Shown piece by piece: positions 1-9,867 of a DNA stretch of 57,533 nucleotides. Position 1 is the stretch's first letter, and every line of letters starts with the position of its first letter. Source of the DNA: Sediminibacterium sp. GTDB taxonomy: Bacteria > Bacteroidota > Bacteroidia > Chitinophagales > Chitinophagaceae. The position numbers were made by a program, and so were the translations under genes. Location: contig JBILAW010000001.1 of the NCBI GenBank assembly GCA_044354025.1, forward strand, positions 1-57,533. The letters are read 5' to 3'. Under the pieces are notes generated by a model. It did no database searches. It saw only the letters and a program-made list of their open reading frames with translations, and was not told the DNA's origin.

Positions 1-11
1 ATTCCTATTTA

Positions 12-1253
12 ATGGACCTCGTTAAAAATTTATATCTAAGGGCCTATTTATTGGTAATGACCTTGTATGTATTTTTAAACAAGGGCGTGGCTTACACCTA
101 TTTGGTTGAAGCATTGTGGTTATTTGGGATTCTACTATTGTTCATAAATCGCAAAAAAGTAGAAATCATTTGGAATAAATCAACAAAACTGATTTTATTT
201 TTTATACTAATTAGTTTTGTATACATCCTAAGAGGGTTTGCAAAATATGATATTGTAGACCTTGTCAGAGATAGTTTTATATTTCAATATGGGTGGTTTG
301 TATTTATTCTTTTTTTATTTAAAGATAAATTAGAACAGATTTGGCAAACCCTTTTTTTTATTTATAAGTGGTTTCCGTTTGTTGCTTTATTGAATTTTAT
401 ACTACAATATTTTGTACCCTTTTTTGAAACTGTTGCACCCTTTGGAGGCATTCCAATTTTATTGTATAAAAATGGGGATATGGGGGTGCAGTTGTTAATT
501 AGCACTTTATTGTTATTATATACTTTTGAAAATAAGACTTTAAAATGGCGTGTGCTATTAAGTTTAGTGATTGCATTAGATTTTTTGATTTTGGCTTCTT
601 ATAGCCGTTCAGGTATCGTTGCTTTTTTAGCCAGCATGCTTTGTTTTATTTATTTTAATAAGGATATCCAATTACAATCTAGAGTTAGATTGCTATTAAA
701 ATATTTGCCAATTATTTTACTCATAGTGACGCCCATTTATATCAATATTAAAGTGACAGAAAACTTCCAGGGAAGGTCAGTTGGTTTTGAACAAATTAAA
801 AATAATTTTAGTTCAATAGTAGGAGGTACTACAGACGCCACTTCCGAAAACAATGTGGTATGGCGCTTGGTCTGGTGGGCTAAAATAATTGATTACAGTT
901 TAACCTCTCCTAATTTCTTTATTGGTAAAGGGCTTGGAATGAACTTGGCTGCCGATGACGATATTATCACATTAGATGATAGCTTAAGGTCTCCCCATAA
1001 TTTTCATCTCAATATCATGGCCCGATTTGGGGTATTGTTATTTATGATTTGGACTTATTTTTTAATCCAACTCTTAAGGCCCTTATTTAAAAAGCTATTA
1101 CAAGGGAAGCGTTTACTAATAGGTTGTATTCTATTGGCCTTTCTGATTAATGCTAGTTTTGATGTTTTTTTAGAAGGCCCGATGGGTGCATTCCCTTTTT
1201 GGACATGGATGGGGCTCTATTTACTTACAGAGGATCAAGAAAGTCTAGTTTAA
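12..1253 (+). CDS. O-antigen ligase/polymerase (Wzy_C) family membrane protein
   Basis: Many transmembrane segments; S-R-S-G motif (ASYSRSGI), WRLVWW, GKGLG and SPHNFHL (the HN motif of WaaL/Wzy_C); overlaps the convergent wzi gene by 9 bp. Confidence 0.8.
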   Translation: MDLVKNLYLRAYLLVMTLYVFLNKGVAYTYLVEALWLFGILLLFINRKKVEIIWNKSTKLILFFILISFVYILRGFAKYDIVDLVRDSFIFQYGWFVFILFLFKDKLEQIWQTLFFIYKWFPFVALLNFILQYFVPFFETVAPFGGIPILLYKNGDMGVQLLISTLLLLYTFENKTLKWRVLLSLVIALDFLILASYSRSGIVAFLASMLCFIYFNKDIQLQSRVRLLLKYLPIILLIVTPIYINIKVTENFQGRSVGFEQIKNNFSSIVGGTTDATSENNVVWRLVWWAKIIDYSLTSPNFFIGKGLGMNLAADDDIITLDDSLRSPHNFHLNIMARFGVLLFMIWTYFLIQLLRPLFKKLLQGKRLLIGCILLAFLINASFDVFLEGPMGAFPFWTWMGLYLLTEDQESLV

Positions 1254-2921
1254 TCCATAACTAAATCCTATTTGAATAATAGATTCTTTATTTCTAAAAC
1301 CTTTTCCTCTAGTATTTTTATTGTCTATGTATTCAAAACTGGTTCTAAAATAAAGATTATTTATCCATTCATAGCTTGCTTGAAAAAAGAAATCAGTTCT
1401 GGTTTGCTCATAATCCGATAAAAATTTAGGCTGTGGCTCGGCATTGTATTGATCAAATACAGAACCTTCACCACCCTTATTCATTAATTGAATCCTAGTG
1501 TAAAACTTTAGTTTTGGTAGGTAGTTGTACCTAGCAAAAATCATTTTTCTGTGAAAATTACTACCCATCCAATCACCTAATGGATAGTTAAACTGAGCAT
1601 AGGTTTGTGCAGGGATTAAATTATTGTATACAAAGGGATTGACTCTGGTATATTCCACACCTAAAGTCAAGTAGGGTTTAAAGTAATCGGTCACCGAAGC
1701 CCCCAATGTATAGCCTAATTGATTTCTGCTTTTAGCTTTATTGAATACAGAAGCTAACCTTATTTCATCAATGAATAAGGAACCATAAAAATGGGTGTTT
1801 TTAACCTGATTTCTTGAGCTTAACTGTAAAAAGTATTGACCGTTTGAGCCAGCGTTAATGAGGTAATTGCTTTTATTGTTATCGTAAACCTTGAACAAAT
1901 TAATGGGGATTAAAAATCCAGGATCTATTTGATCACTGTAAATAATACTTTCACCAATAGCCAAGTCCAAACCCTTTTTAAGGTTAAATTGTAAGGTATG
2001 ACTTGCAATAAACTTTTGCCTGTTAATAATGCGAATATCTCCACTCACCCCACCGTTATAGGTTGGATATGTTTTGGTAGAATCCACAATTTCAGAGTTG
2101 AGCCAACCATGAAAATAATTAAATCGCAACCATTTTATGGGATTATAATCCAGTCTTATTAATGGAAAACTTGGTGCACGATCCGATAAAACAATACGCC
2201 CGTTCTCACCATAGCCCCAAACAATTTGGTCTTTACCAAAACTAATCGACCCATTTTTAAAACTGTAATTGACTGTAGCACGAATATCGGAGTGATTTAT
2301 TTTTTTATCATCATTTAATCCAACCAAAATAATACCTGTTTTAGCATCCTGTCTTCTAAAATCTAATTTATTGACAGTGTAAAAATTACGAACAGAACCC
2401 AATTCAGTCACATCTCTGTATTGTAATTGATAGCCCCATTTTTTCCCAACCTTACCCCACAAATTTAATCCATTGCTAACTTGGGTAATATTGAGCCCTG
2501 TCCCTCCAATAAAATTTGTACTCACATTAGGATCCAAATTCATTGTAAAATCCTTGGCATGAATAAAAAACATTCTAGGACGTTGGTAAGCATCTTTAAC
2601 AAAAAAGCCAATTTCATTTTTTTTGAGGGAGTCTGCTGCAAGATCTTGGTTGTATTCTTGCAAATAAAATTGTAACTCTTTTAATTCAATAGCAGTTAGA
2701 CTTTCTTTTTGTTGATTCAATTGATTTAATGCATTTGCAATCTTAGTTCTTTCGATTGGCTGAATGATATCATTTAATTGTATCAAACCTTTTTGTGCCA
2801 TCCTTGCAAGATAAGCTTGGGCTTCTGTATTTTTATTTTCCCAAATGGTTTGCCCATTGATATGCTTCACAGTGAAGGTGAATAAAAAAATACCAAGGAC
2901 TAAAAAGATTTTATTTTTCAT
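1245..2921 (-). CDS. Capsule assembly Wzi family outer-membrane beta-barrel protein
   Basis: Signal peptide; FGKDQIVWGYGENGRIVLSDRAPSFPLIRL and YPLGDWMGSN motifs resemble Bacteroidota Wzi; aromatic C-terminal strand. Confidence 0.7.
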   Translation of the reverse strand: MKNKIFLVLGIFLFTFTVKHINGQTIWENKNTEAQAYLARMAQKGLIQLNDIIQPIERTKIANALNQLNQQKESLTAIELKELQFYLQEYNQDLAADSLKKNEIGFFVKDAYQRPRMFFIHAKDFTMNLDPNVSTNFIGGTGLNITQVSNGLNLWGKVGKKWGYQLQYRDVTELGSVRNFYTVNKLDFRRQDAKTGIILVGLNDDKKINHSDIRATVNYSFKNGSISFGKDQIVWGYGENGRIVLSDRAPSFPLIRLDYNPIKWLRFNYFHGWLNSEIVDSTKTYPTYNGGVSGDIRIINRQKFIASHTLQFNLKKGLDLAIGESIIYSDQIDPGFLIPINLFKVYDNNKSNYLINAGSNGQYFLQLSSRNQVKNTHFYGSLFIDEIRLASVFNKAKSRNQLGYTLGASVTDYFKPYLTLGVEYTRVNPFVYNNLIPAQTYAQFNYPLGDWMGSNFHRKMIFARYNYLPKLKFYTRIQLMNKGGEGSVFDQYNAEPQPKFLSDYEQTRTDFFFQASYEWINNLYFRTSFEYIDNKNTRGKGFRNKESIIQIGFSYGLN

Positions 2922-4315
2922 TAATACGCATTTTGATCGCCTCTAAATATATTCACTACTGTTTGAATGATAATTTGTAAGTCAAGCCAAAAGGACCATC
3001 TATGAATATAGTATAAATCAAAATTTACACGACGTTGCATTTCTTGTGTTGTCTTAGTTTCCCCTCTACAACCATTCACTTGTGCCAAACCAGTTATACC
3101 TGGTAAGACCATATGACGTAACATATAATTGTCAACTGTTTGCATTGATTCTATATTCAACGGCGTAGGATGCGGACGTGGTCCAACAACTGACATATTA
3201 CCAAGCAGCACATTCCAAAACTGTGGTAATTCATCTAAATTGGTTTGACGTAAAAATTTTCCAATCAAAGTAATTCTTGGATCGTTCTTAAAAGCCTGAT
3301 TGTAATTACCGCCTTCATCAATATCGGAGCTTTCCTTAATCATGGATCTAAATTTAAAACAAGTTATTTTTTGGTTGTTTAATCCCCAACGCTCTTGTTT
3401 AAAAATAATTGGTCCCCTACTGGTTAACTTTATAATAAGGGCAATGATTGGAAAAATAAAAACCCCAATGGTTAAAAAAAATAATCCTGCAAAAAGGATA
3501 TCAAAAATTCTTTTTGCAAGCTTATGCTCTTTTTTATCTAAAGGCAATGAACCAATATTGACTACTGGTAATTGGCCAATATTTTGAATAAATACCGATG
3601 ATGTTGTAAAATCTGTCAAATCTGGCAACATCCTTACGCGCACATTGTTGTTATCGCAAATACGAATGCATTCTTGGATTTGTTTGGATTCTTTATTTGA
3701 AAGTGCAATGAATACTTCATTGAATTTGTTGGACCTTAAGACTTGCTGTAATTGGTCAAGCTGACCAAAATATTGCACATCATTTTGTATGGATGGTTGT
3801 TCGGCAACATATCCTGCACATTGATAGCCATAGTAATAGTATTTATGGACTGTATCGATAAAATTTTCTGCCACATGGTTATTCCCAATTAACAATACTT
3901 GATCAAAGTAAGCCCCATGGTAGAGTGCAGAGTGAATTTTTTTTCTGAGTGCATATTTAGTGGCGATGGCTAAAAAAGAGCAACCACTTACAAAGACGAT
4001 GATAAAAGGAGAGGAATATTTATGATTTAAGCTAAGAAAAAACAACATAGAACTTAGCGAAACTGCAAAAAGGATCGTATGGTAGATGATAAAAACTATT
4101 TCCTCCGAGTATTTATTGGACCTTCTTTCGGCATAAAGCTTCGAAAATAGCGACATTGACCACCATAAACCAATTGCTACGATGTAAAAAACGGGGCTAA
4201 TCAATGGAACAATTCCATCATTAAACGCAAAAGCAGTCAAAAAATAACTTAGAAACACCACTAAGGCATCTAGGCTATACCTAATATTTTTAAAAAAAAG
4301 GTTTGGCTTCTGCAT
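2921..4315 (-). CDS. wcaJ: Undecaprenyl-phosphate glucose phosphotransferase (WcaJ-like initiating transferase)
   Basis: Four N-terminal TM helices, CoA-binding-like domain, KFRSM, LDELPQFWNVLLGNMSVVGPRP and PGITGLAQV motifs. Confidence 0.85.
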   Translation of the reverse strand: MQKPNLFFKNIRYSLDALVVFLSYFLTAFAFNDGIVPLISPVFYIVAIGLWWSMSLFSKLYAERRSNKYSEEIVFIIYHTILFAVSLSSMLFFLSLNHKYSSPFIIVFVSGCSFLAIATKYALRKKIHSALYHGAYFDQVLLIGNNHVAENFIDTVHKYYYYGYQCAGYVAEQPSIQNDVQYFGQLDQLQQVLRSNKFNEVFIALSNKESKQIQECIRICDNNNVRVRMLPDLTDFTTSSVFIQNIGQLPVVNIGSLPLDKKEHKLAKRIFDILFAGLFFLTIGVFIFPIIALIIKLTSRGPIIFKQERWGLNNQKITCFKFRSMIKESSDIDEGGNYNQAFKNDPRITLIGKFLRQTNLDELPQFWNVLLGNMSVVGPRPHPTPLNIESMQTVDNYMLRHMVLPGITGLAQVNGCRGETKTTQEMQRRVNFDLYYIHRWSFWLDLQIIIQTVVNIFRGDQNAY

Positions 4316-4432
4316 TCAGACTAAGGATGTAAATTTTAGTTGTTTGTGGGGGGATAAACAAAGCTAAATAAAAAGCATTAAAACCTACCTCAAAATTTTA
4401 TATAAATCTGTGAAAATTAGTTCATTATTAAC

Positions 4433-4462
4433 TTTGTGAAATCGTTTTTATACTTATATTTG
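4433..4462 (+). promoter_or_regulatory. Bacteroidota sigma-A promoter candidate for the polysaccharide operon
   Basis: TTTG (4433-4436), 18 nt spacer, TATATTTG (4455-4462); a second TATCTTTG at 4556-4563. Confidence 0.5.
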
Positions 4463-4638
4463 TCGCAAATTCCCCCCAAATTTTAAGGCTGTATTACAGT
4501 CAAAAATAAACCTCATATTACCAACATTTTTATACGTAATTTGAACTGTTATTTTTATCTTTGTAATTAATATTTCATCTTAAGTCTATAATGTGACTTA
4601 GAGTGGCCATGCCATAAAAAAAATCCAAAATTCAAGCT

Positions 4639-7200
4639 ATGAATTTATTCAAAAGTGCCTTATTAAGTTTATGTTTCTTGCTCCTTACAAGTACCATTGT
4701 ACTAGCCCAAAATGCTGGCAACTTATTGGCAGGCAAGGACTTATCAACTATTAAAGTAGATGCCCTAACCGATGCTGAACTAGCACAGATCCAGGCTCAA
4801 TTAAAACAATCAGGTGTTAGTATTGATATGGTAGAATCCCAGGCCATTGCTAAAGGGATGTCTCCAGCTGAGTTCGCTAAGTTGAAAGCCAGATTGGCGA
4901 ATGTAAAGGCTGGAGCTAAAGGTACTTCTCCTTTGACCAAAAAAACAGTCAATCAATCGACAGCTTTTATGCAGGATAGCATTGAGCAAGAAATTATTAA
5001 GGAATCTAAAATCAACCCTTTGATTTACGGTTCTGAACTTTTTGCCAATAGTCAGGGTTTCAAGAACAGTGAAAACGTGGCTACACCACTCAATTACGAG
5101 GTAGGCACGAACGATATTTTAAAATTAGTCGTGTACGGTGTACAGGAATACAGTGCAGATTTAGATGTGAGTAAGGAAGGAACGGTGATGATAGATAATG
5201 TAGGACGCATTAAAGTCGCTGGATTATCTATAGAAGCTGCTACCACAAGGATTAAACAACAAATGGCGAACACTGCATATCCAAGTTTAAGATCGGGTGA
5301 ATCAAAAATGGCTTTAACTGTAGGTGATACAAGAACAATTCAAGTGACTATCATAGGCGCACAAAGAAGCGGTAATTACAATGTATCCTCTTTATCCAAT
5401 GTCTTAAGCGCCTTAACTGAGGCGGGCGGGCCTAATGAAATTGGTTCTTATAGGGCGATTGAACTAATTCGTCAAAATAAAGTGGTTAAAACCTTTGACT
5501 TATACGCATTTATGCAAAACGGGGATCAATCACAAAATATGGGCTTGAAGGATCGCGACGTCATTAAAGTGCCTCCTCATAAAGGAAGGATCGAGATCAA
5601 AGGCCAGGTAAAACGTCCTGGAATTTTTGAATTAACGAACACAGAATCATTCAAACAGTTTTTACAATATGCGGGCGGTTTTGATGATACAGCTTATACA
5701 GCTTGGGTGAAAGTGATTCAAAAAAACGAAAAAGAAAAAGCAGTAAAAGACTTAGCATTAAGTCAATTTAACATTTATCAACCACAGGGCGGTGATATCA
5801 TACAAGTCTCTAAAATTTTAGATCGTTTTCAGAATAGGGTCAAATTAACAGGCGCGGTATTTAGACCAGATGTGTATGAATTAACAGAAGGCATGCGTAT
5901 TAGTGATTTAGTGCAAAGAGCGGATGGATTGAGAGAAGACGCGTTTATTGGCAGAGCTCAATTGATTAGATTAAAACCCAACTTATTAAAAGAATTGGTG
6001 ACCATTAACTTATCAAAGGCTTTGCAAAAAGATCCTAATGAAAATATCTTTTTACAAAGAGAAGATGAATTGTACATTAACTCCATTGTAGATTTAAGAG
6101 ATTCTTTAACAGTGGATTTATTAGGAGAAGTCAGAAGTCAAGGCCGCTTTAACTATGTAGATAGTATGACGGTGAAGGATTTGATTTTAATGGCAGGTGG
6201 ATTTAATTATGCTGCCAATAAACAAATTGAAGTTGCAAGATTGGTACAATTTGGTGATAGAGTTACGGATAACCAAGTAGCAACGATCTTAAAAACCGAA
6301 GTGAATGGTGATTTAAGTTTTAATGCAGGGCAAGAAAATTTTGTATTACAACCAATGGACGTGGTGACCATCACCAAAAAAGTAGGCTTTACCAATCCAG
6401 AAGTGGTGAGCATTAGCGGACAAGTTCAAAATGTAGGTAAATATACTTTAAGCACGCGTGTGGAAAGAGTGAGTGATATAGTGAAACGTTCAGGTGGATT
6501 GATTGGAGAAGCTTATGGAGAAGGTGCTTATATCAAAAGAAGCCGATACAATATTGATACGTTAAAAGCAGATGAATCAAAGACATCTATTGAGGAAGCC
6601 TATAACAGAAAGTTTAAAGCACAACAGGAACAAGAAAAACAAAACATAAACAAATTGCTAAATGGAAGTTCTAGTGGGCAAACTAGTATGGAAGATGTGA
6701 ATCTAAAAAAGAAAAATTTAAAAGACACTTTAGATCTTTTATTTAAAGAATTAAATGAAAATACTTACCAAATTGCCATTGATATTAATAAAATCATGGA
6801 AAAGCCAGGCTCTGAATTAGACTTGGTATTGAGAGATAAGGATGAAATTATCATTCCAAAAACAGATAATCGTGTTAAAATTAGTGGTGGTGTGTTAAGG
6901 CCAACGAATATTGTATACATAGATGGCTTAAGTATTAATGAGTGTATTAGTGCTGCAGGTGGTATCAGTGAGTATGCAAAAAGAGGCAGGGCCTATGTGG
7001 TTTATGCCAATGGTAAATCTAAAAGAACAAAACATTTTGGCTTCTTTAGATTAAACCCATCTATTAAACCTGGTGCCGAAGTAGTGTTGCCAGAAACCAA
7101 TGAGAAAAAGGATAAGCCATTCGCAACCTTTATCCAATTAACGACTGTACTAGCACAGATTGCAGGTACAATTGCAACCATTTCTATCTTAAACAGATAA
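4639..7200 (+). CDS. SLBB-domain polysaccharide export protein (Wza/KpsD-like)
   Basis: Signal peptide; Poly_export domain (NYEVGTNDILKLVVYG); repeated SLBB motifs (GQVKRPGIFEL, GAVFRPDVYEL, GEVRSQGRF, GQVQNVGKY). Confidence 0.9.
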   Translation: MNLFKSALLSLCFLLLTSTIVLAQNAGNLLAGKDLSTIKVDALTDAELAQIQAQLKQSGVSIDMVESQAIAKGMSPAEFAKLKARLANVKAGAKGTSPLTKKTVNQSTAFMQDSIEQEIIKESKINPLIYGSELFANSQGFKNSENVATPLNYEVGTNDILKLVVYGVQEYSADLDVSKEGTVMIDNVGRIKVAGLSIEAATTRIKQQMANTAYPSLRSGESKMALTVGDTRTIQVTIIGAQRSGNYNVSSLSNVLSALTEAGGPNEIGSYRAIELIRQNKVVKTFDLYAFMQNGDQSQNMGLKDRDVIKVPPHKGRIEIKGQVKRPGIFELTNTESFKQFLQYAGGFDDTAYTAWVKVIQKNEKEKAVKDLALSQFNIYQPQGGDIIQVSKILDRFQNRVKLTGAVFRPDVYELTEGMRISDLVQRADGLREDAFIGRAQLIRLKPNLLKELVTINLSKALQKDPNENIFLQREDELYINSIVDLRDSLTVDLLGEVRSQGRFNYVDSMTVKDLILMAGGFNYAANKQIEVARLVQFGDRVTDNQVATILKTEVNGDLSFNAGQENFVLQPMDVVTITKKVGFTNPEVVSISGQVQNVGKYTLSTRVERVSDIVKRSGGLIGEAYGEGAYIKRSRYNIDTLKADESKTSIEEAYNRKFKAQQEQEKQNINKLLNGSSSGQTSMEDVNLKKKNLKDTLDLLFKELNENTYQIAIDINKIMEKPGSELDLVLRDKDEIIIPKTDNRVKISGGVLRPTNIVYIDGLSINECISAAGGISEYAKRGRAYVVYANGKSKRTKHFGFFRLNPSIKPGAEVVLPETNEKKDKPFATFIQLTTVLAQIAGTIATISILNR

Positions 7201-7201
7201 T

Positions 7202-8278
7202 ATGACCGAGCAGCAAAAGCAAATAGAAAATGACGAGATTTCTTTAAAGGAATTGATTCAAAAAATACAGGAGTGGATTGCGTATTTAAAAATGCAGTGG
7301 AAACTCATTATTGGTATTGCAGCCTTAGGAGGCATCATAGGATTTGTGTATGCTAGTTTTCAAAAACCAAATTATTTGGCTACTACAACTTTTGTATTGG
7401 AGGAAGATAAAGGTGGCGGAGGCTTAGGTGGTGCTTTGGGCTTAGCGAGTAGTTTTGGGTTAGACTTAGGCGGCGGCGGTGGTGGTTTATTCACCAGTTC
7501 GAATATCATAGAACTAATGAAGAGCCGCTTGGTGGTAGAAAAAACGTTACTCAACCCTGTACAGGTTGCAGGCAAAGAAATAAGTTTAGCAGATTATTAT
7601 ATTCAAATAAATGAATTAAAAGAAAGCTGGTCCAAAAAGCCAGCACTAGCGAATATCAACTTTCCTGTGAATGCCGATAGAACAAAATTTAGTTTGGAAC
7701 AAGATTCTATCTTATATAGTATTTCATCAGGCCTGACAAAAAACAATTTAGTCATTGCTCAAAAGGATAAAAAAGTAAGCATCATTAGTTTGACGGTAAA
7801 AACTGAAAGTGAACTATTTTCTAAATTGTTTTGTGAGCAACTGCTAAAAGAAACTTCAGATTTTTACATTGAAACTAAAAGTAAAAAATCACGATTGAAT
7901 GTAGATATTTTACAACGCCAGGCAGATAGCATTAGATCAGAATTAAACGGTGCTATTACAGGGGTTGCCGCTGCTAGTGATAATGTATACAATTTGAATC
8001 CGGCATTTAATGTAAAACGCACACCAAGCACAAGACGCCAAGTAGATGTTCAAGCGAACACCGCCATACTCACTCAGTTGGTTGCTCAATTAGAATTATC
8101 TAAAGTAAGTTTACGAAAAGAGACTCCACTTGTACAATTAATAGATCGTCCTATATTACCTTTAGAAAAGGATAAAGTGGGCAGGTTAAAATCACTTGTT
8201 TTAGGAGGCTTTTTAGCAGGATTTTTAACGGTGTTGTATTTGGTGTTTGGGCAGTTGTATAGGAAGATGGTTGCATAG
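7202..8278 (+). CDS. wzz: Wzz-like chain-length determinant (polysaccharide co-polymerase)
   Basis: DEISLKEL N-terminus, two terminal TM helices, Gly-rich segment, coiled coil, IDRPILP before TM2. Confidence 0.8.
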   Translation: MTEQQKQIENDEISLKELIQKIQEWIAYLKMQWKLIIGIAALGGIIGFVYASFQKPNYLATTTFVLEEDKGGGGLGGALGLASSFGLDLGGGGGGLFTSSNIIELMKSRLVVEKTLLNPVQVAGKEISLADYYIQINELKESWSKKPALANINFPVNADRTKFSLEQDSILYSISSGLTKNNLVIAQKDKKVSIISLTVKTESELFSKLFCEQLLKETSDFYIETKSKKSRLNVDILQRQADSIRSELNGAITGVAAASDNVYNLNPAFNVKRTPSTRRQVDVQANTAILTQLVAQLELSKVSLRKETPLVQLIDRPILPLEKDKVGRLKSLVLGGFLAGFLTVLYLVFGQLYRKMVA

Positions 8279-8285
8279 GATTCGG

Positions 8286-8306
8286 ATTAGTGTGGTCCAC
8301 ACTAAT
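8286..8306. repeat. Perfect 10-1-10 palindrome ATTAGTGTGG-T-CCACACTAAT
   Basis: Read directly; starts 8 nt after the wzz stop; the 1-nt spacer and lack of a U-tract argue against an intrinsic terminator. Confidence 0.85.
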
Positions 8307-8453
8307 ATTGTGTATTTAAATATAGTTGTAAATCATTAATAAGCTGAAAATCAAGCAATTTATATGTTTTATTTTTTGTTTATAGGTTATTAAAAAAGGT
8401 TGAAAAATAGGTTGAATGTGCGCAGTTTTGTGCGTATTATAAATTTAATAATA

Positions 8454-8852
8454 ATGGATAGCAAACCGAGAATTATCAACTTTCCTAAAATAATAGATCC
8501 AAGAGGAAACTTAACATTTTTTGAAAGCAATAATCAAATACCTTTTGAGATTGAAAGAGTATTTTGGATTTATGATGTCCCAGGCGGTTCAACTCGAGGT
8601 GGACATGCCTATCTTAAACAGCATGAAATTATTATTGCACTTTCGGGTAGTTTTGATGTCGTTGTAAAAAGCAAGGACAACTCGAAAGAAACTTTTAGAT
8701 TGAATAGATCTTATTATGGACTTTACTTGCCACCACTTTGTTGGCGTCACATCGAAAACTTTTCTACCAATGCATTATCCTTAAATATTTCGAGTTCAAA
8801 ATTTGATGAAACTGATTATGTTAGAGATTTTGAAACATTTTCTAAAATCTAA
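8454..8852 (+). CDS. fdtA: dTDP-4-keto-6-deoxyhexose 3,4-ketoisomerase, FdtA/QdtA cupin (copy 1)
   Basis: DPRGNLTFFE, IPFEIERVFWIYDVP, RGGHAY; start moved to ATG at 8454. Confidence 0.8.
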   Translation: MDSKPRIINFPKIIDPRGNLTFFESNNQIPFEIERVFWIYDVPGGSTRGGHAYLKQHEIIIALSGSFDVVVKSKDNSKETFRLNRSYYGLYLPPLCWRHIENFSTNALSLNISSSKFDETDYVRDFETFSKI

Positions 8853-8855
8853 TAA

Positions 8856-9269
8856 ATGAAATCTACTGTTTTTGATTGTACAATTATATACTTCCAACAA
8901 CTTGGTGATAGAGATGGTCACATTACTTCAATTAACAATATTGAAGAAATTCCATTTAGTATATCACGAGTTTTTTATTTGTATGATATTCCTGGTGGTG
9001 AATCAAGAGGAGCGCATGCTCATAAACAGTGCCATCAATTTTTAGTTGCAGCAAGTGGTTCTTTTGAAGTTTTACTCGATGATGGATTTACACAAAGAAT
9101 AGTACAATTAAATAAGCCAAATTTGGGGTTACATATTCCGCCCGGCATTTGGGCATCTGAGATAAATTTTTCATCTGGTGCAATTTGTTTAGTAATGGCT
9201 TCTCATCAATATAGTGAAATGGATTACATTAGAGATTATCAAGAATTCCAAGCAACAATAAAATCATGA
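8856..9269 (+). CDS. fdtA: FdtA/QdtA cupin ketoisomerase (copy 2)
   Basis: [22 protein letters not shown] with both catalytic His residues, YIRDY. Confidence 0.85.
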   Translation: MKSTVFDCTIIYFQQLGDRDGHITSINNIEEIPFSISRVFYLYDIPGGESRGAHAHKQCHQFLVAASGSFEVLLDDGFTQRIVQLNKPNLGLHIPPGIWASEINFSSGAICLVMASHQYSEMDYIRDYQEFQATIKS

Positions 9270-9799
9270 TACATAAATTAGCAGAAGTTAATTCTAAAAA
9301 TATTGGAGTTGATACAAATATTTGGCAATATGCAGTAGTATTAAGTGGTGCGGTCATTGGGAATAATTGTAATATTAATTGCCACACGTTTATTGAAAAT
9401 AAAGTAATTATTGGTAATAATGTAACAATTAAATCAGGAGTATATTTATGGGATGGAATTACAATTGAGGACGAAGTTTTTGTTGGACCAAATGTTTCTT
9501 TTACAAATGACAAGTTTCCTAGATCTAAAAAATATCCTGATGTATTCGATAAAATACATATTGAAACAGGTGCATCGATAGGTGCTGGAGCAATAATTTT
9601 GGGAGGAGTTCACATAGGCAAATATGCAATGATAGCAGCTGGAGCAATTGTTACAAAAAATGTACCTGCTTATGCACTAGTAAAAGGCTCTCCTGCTATA
9701 ATTTGTAATTATATAGACGAATTTGGTGAAAAACTGGTACCTAAATTGGATCACTTCGTTTCTAGCAACGGTAAAAAATATTTATTACCCCCGTTATGA
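9266..9799 (+). CDS. Hexapeptide-repeat N-acetyltransferase (FdtC/WxcM/QdtC-like)
   Basis: [16 protein letters not shown], hexapeptide repeats, [14 protein letters not shown]. Confidence 0.85.
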   Translation: MIHKLAEVNSKNIGVDTNIWQYAVVLSGAVIGNNCNINCHTFIENKVIIGNNVTIKSGVYLWDGITIEDEVFVGPNVSFTNDKFPRSKKYPDVFDKIHIETGASIGAGAIILGGVHIGKYAMIAAGAIVTKNVPAYALVKGSPAIICNYIDEFGEKLVPKLDHFVSSNGKKYLLPPL

Positions 9800-9867
9800 T
9801 TATTATTAAAGATCTTTATTATAATTCACTAATTAGTCAATAATTAATATATTTTTTACAAATTCAG

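Noticed and set aside
4343-4480. TGGGGGGA / TCCCCCCA inverted pair flanking the operon promoter, suggesting a Bacteroides-type invertible promoter
   Set aside because: Only 8 bp match, mostly homopolymer; the flanks do not pair and no invertase is in the window
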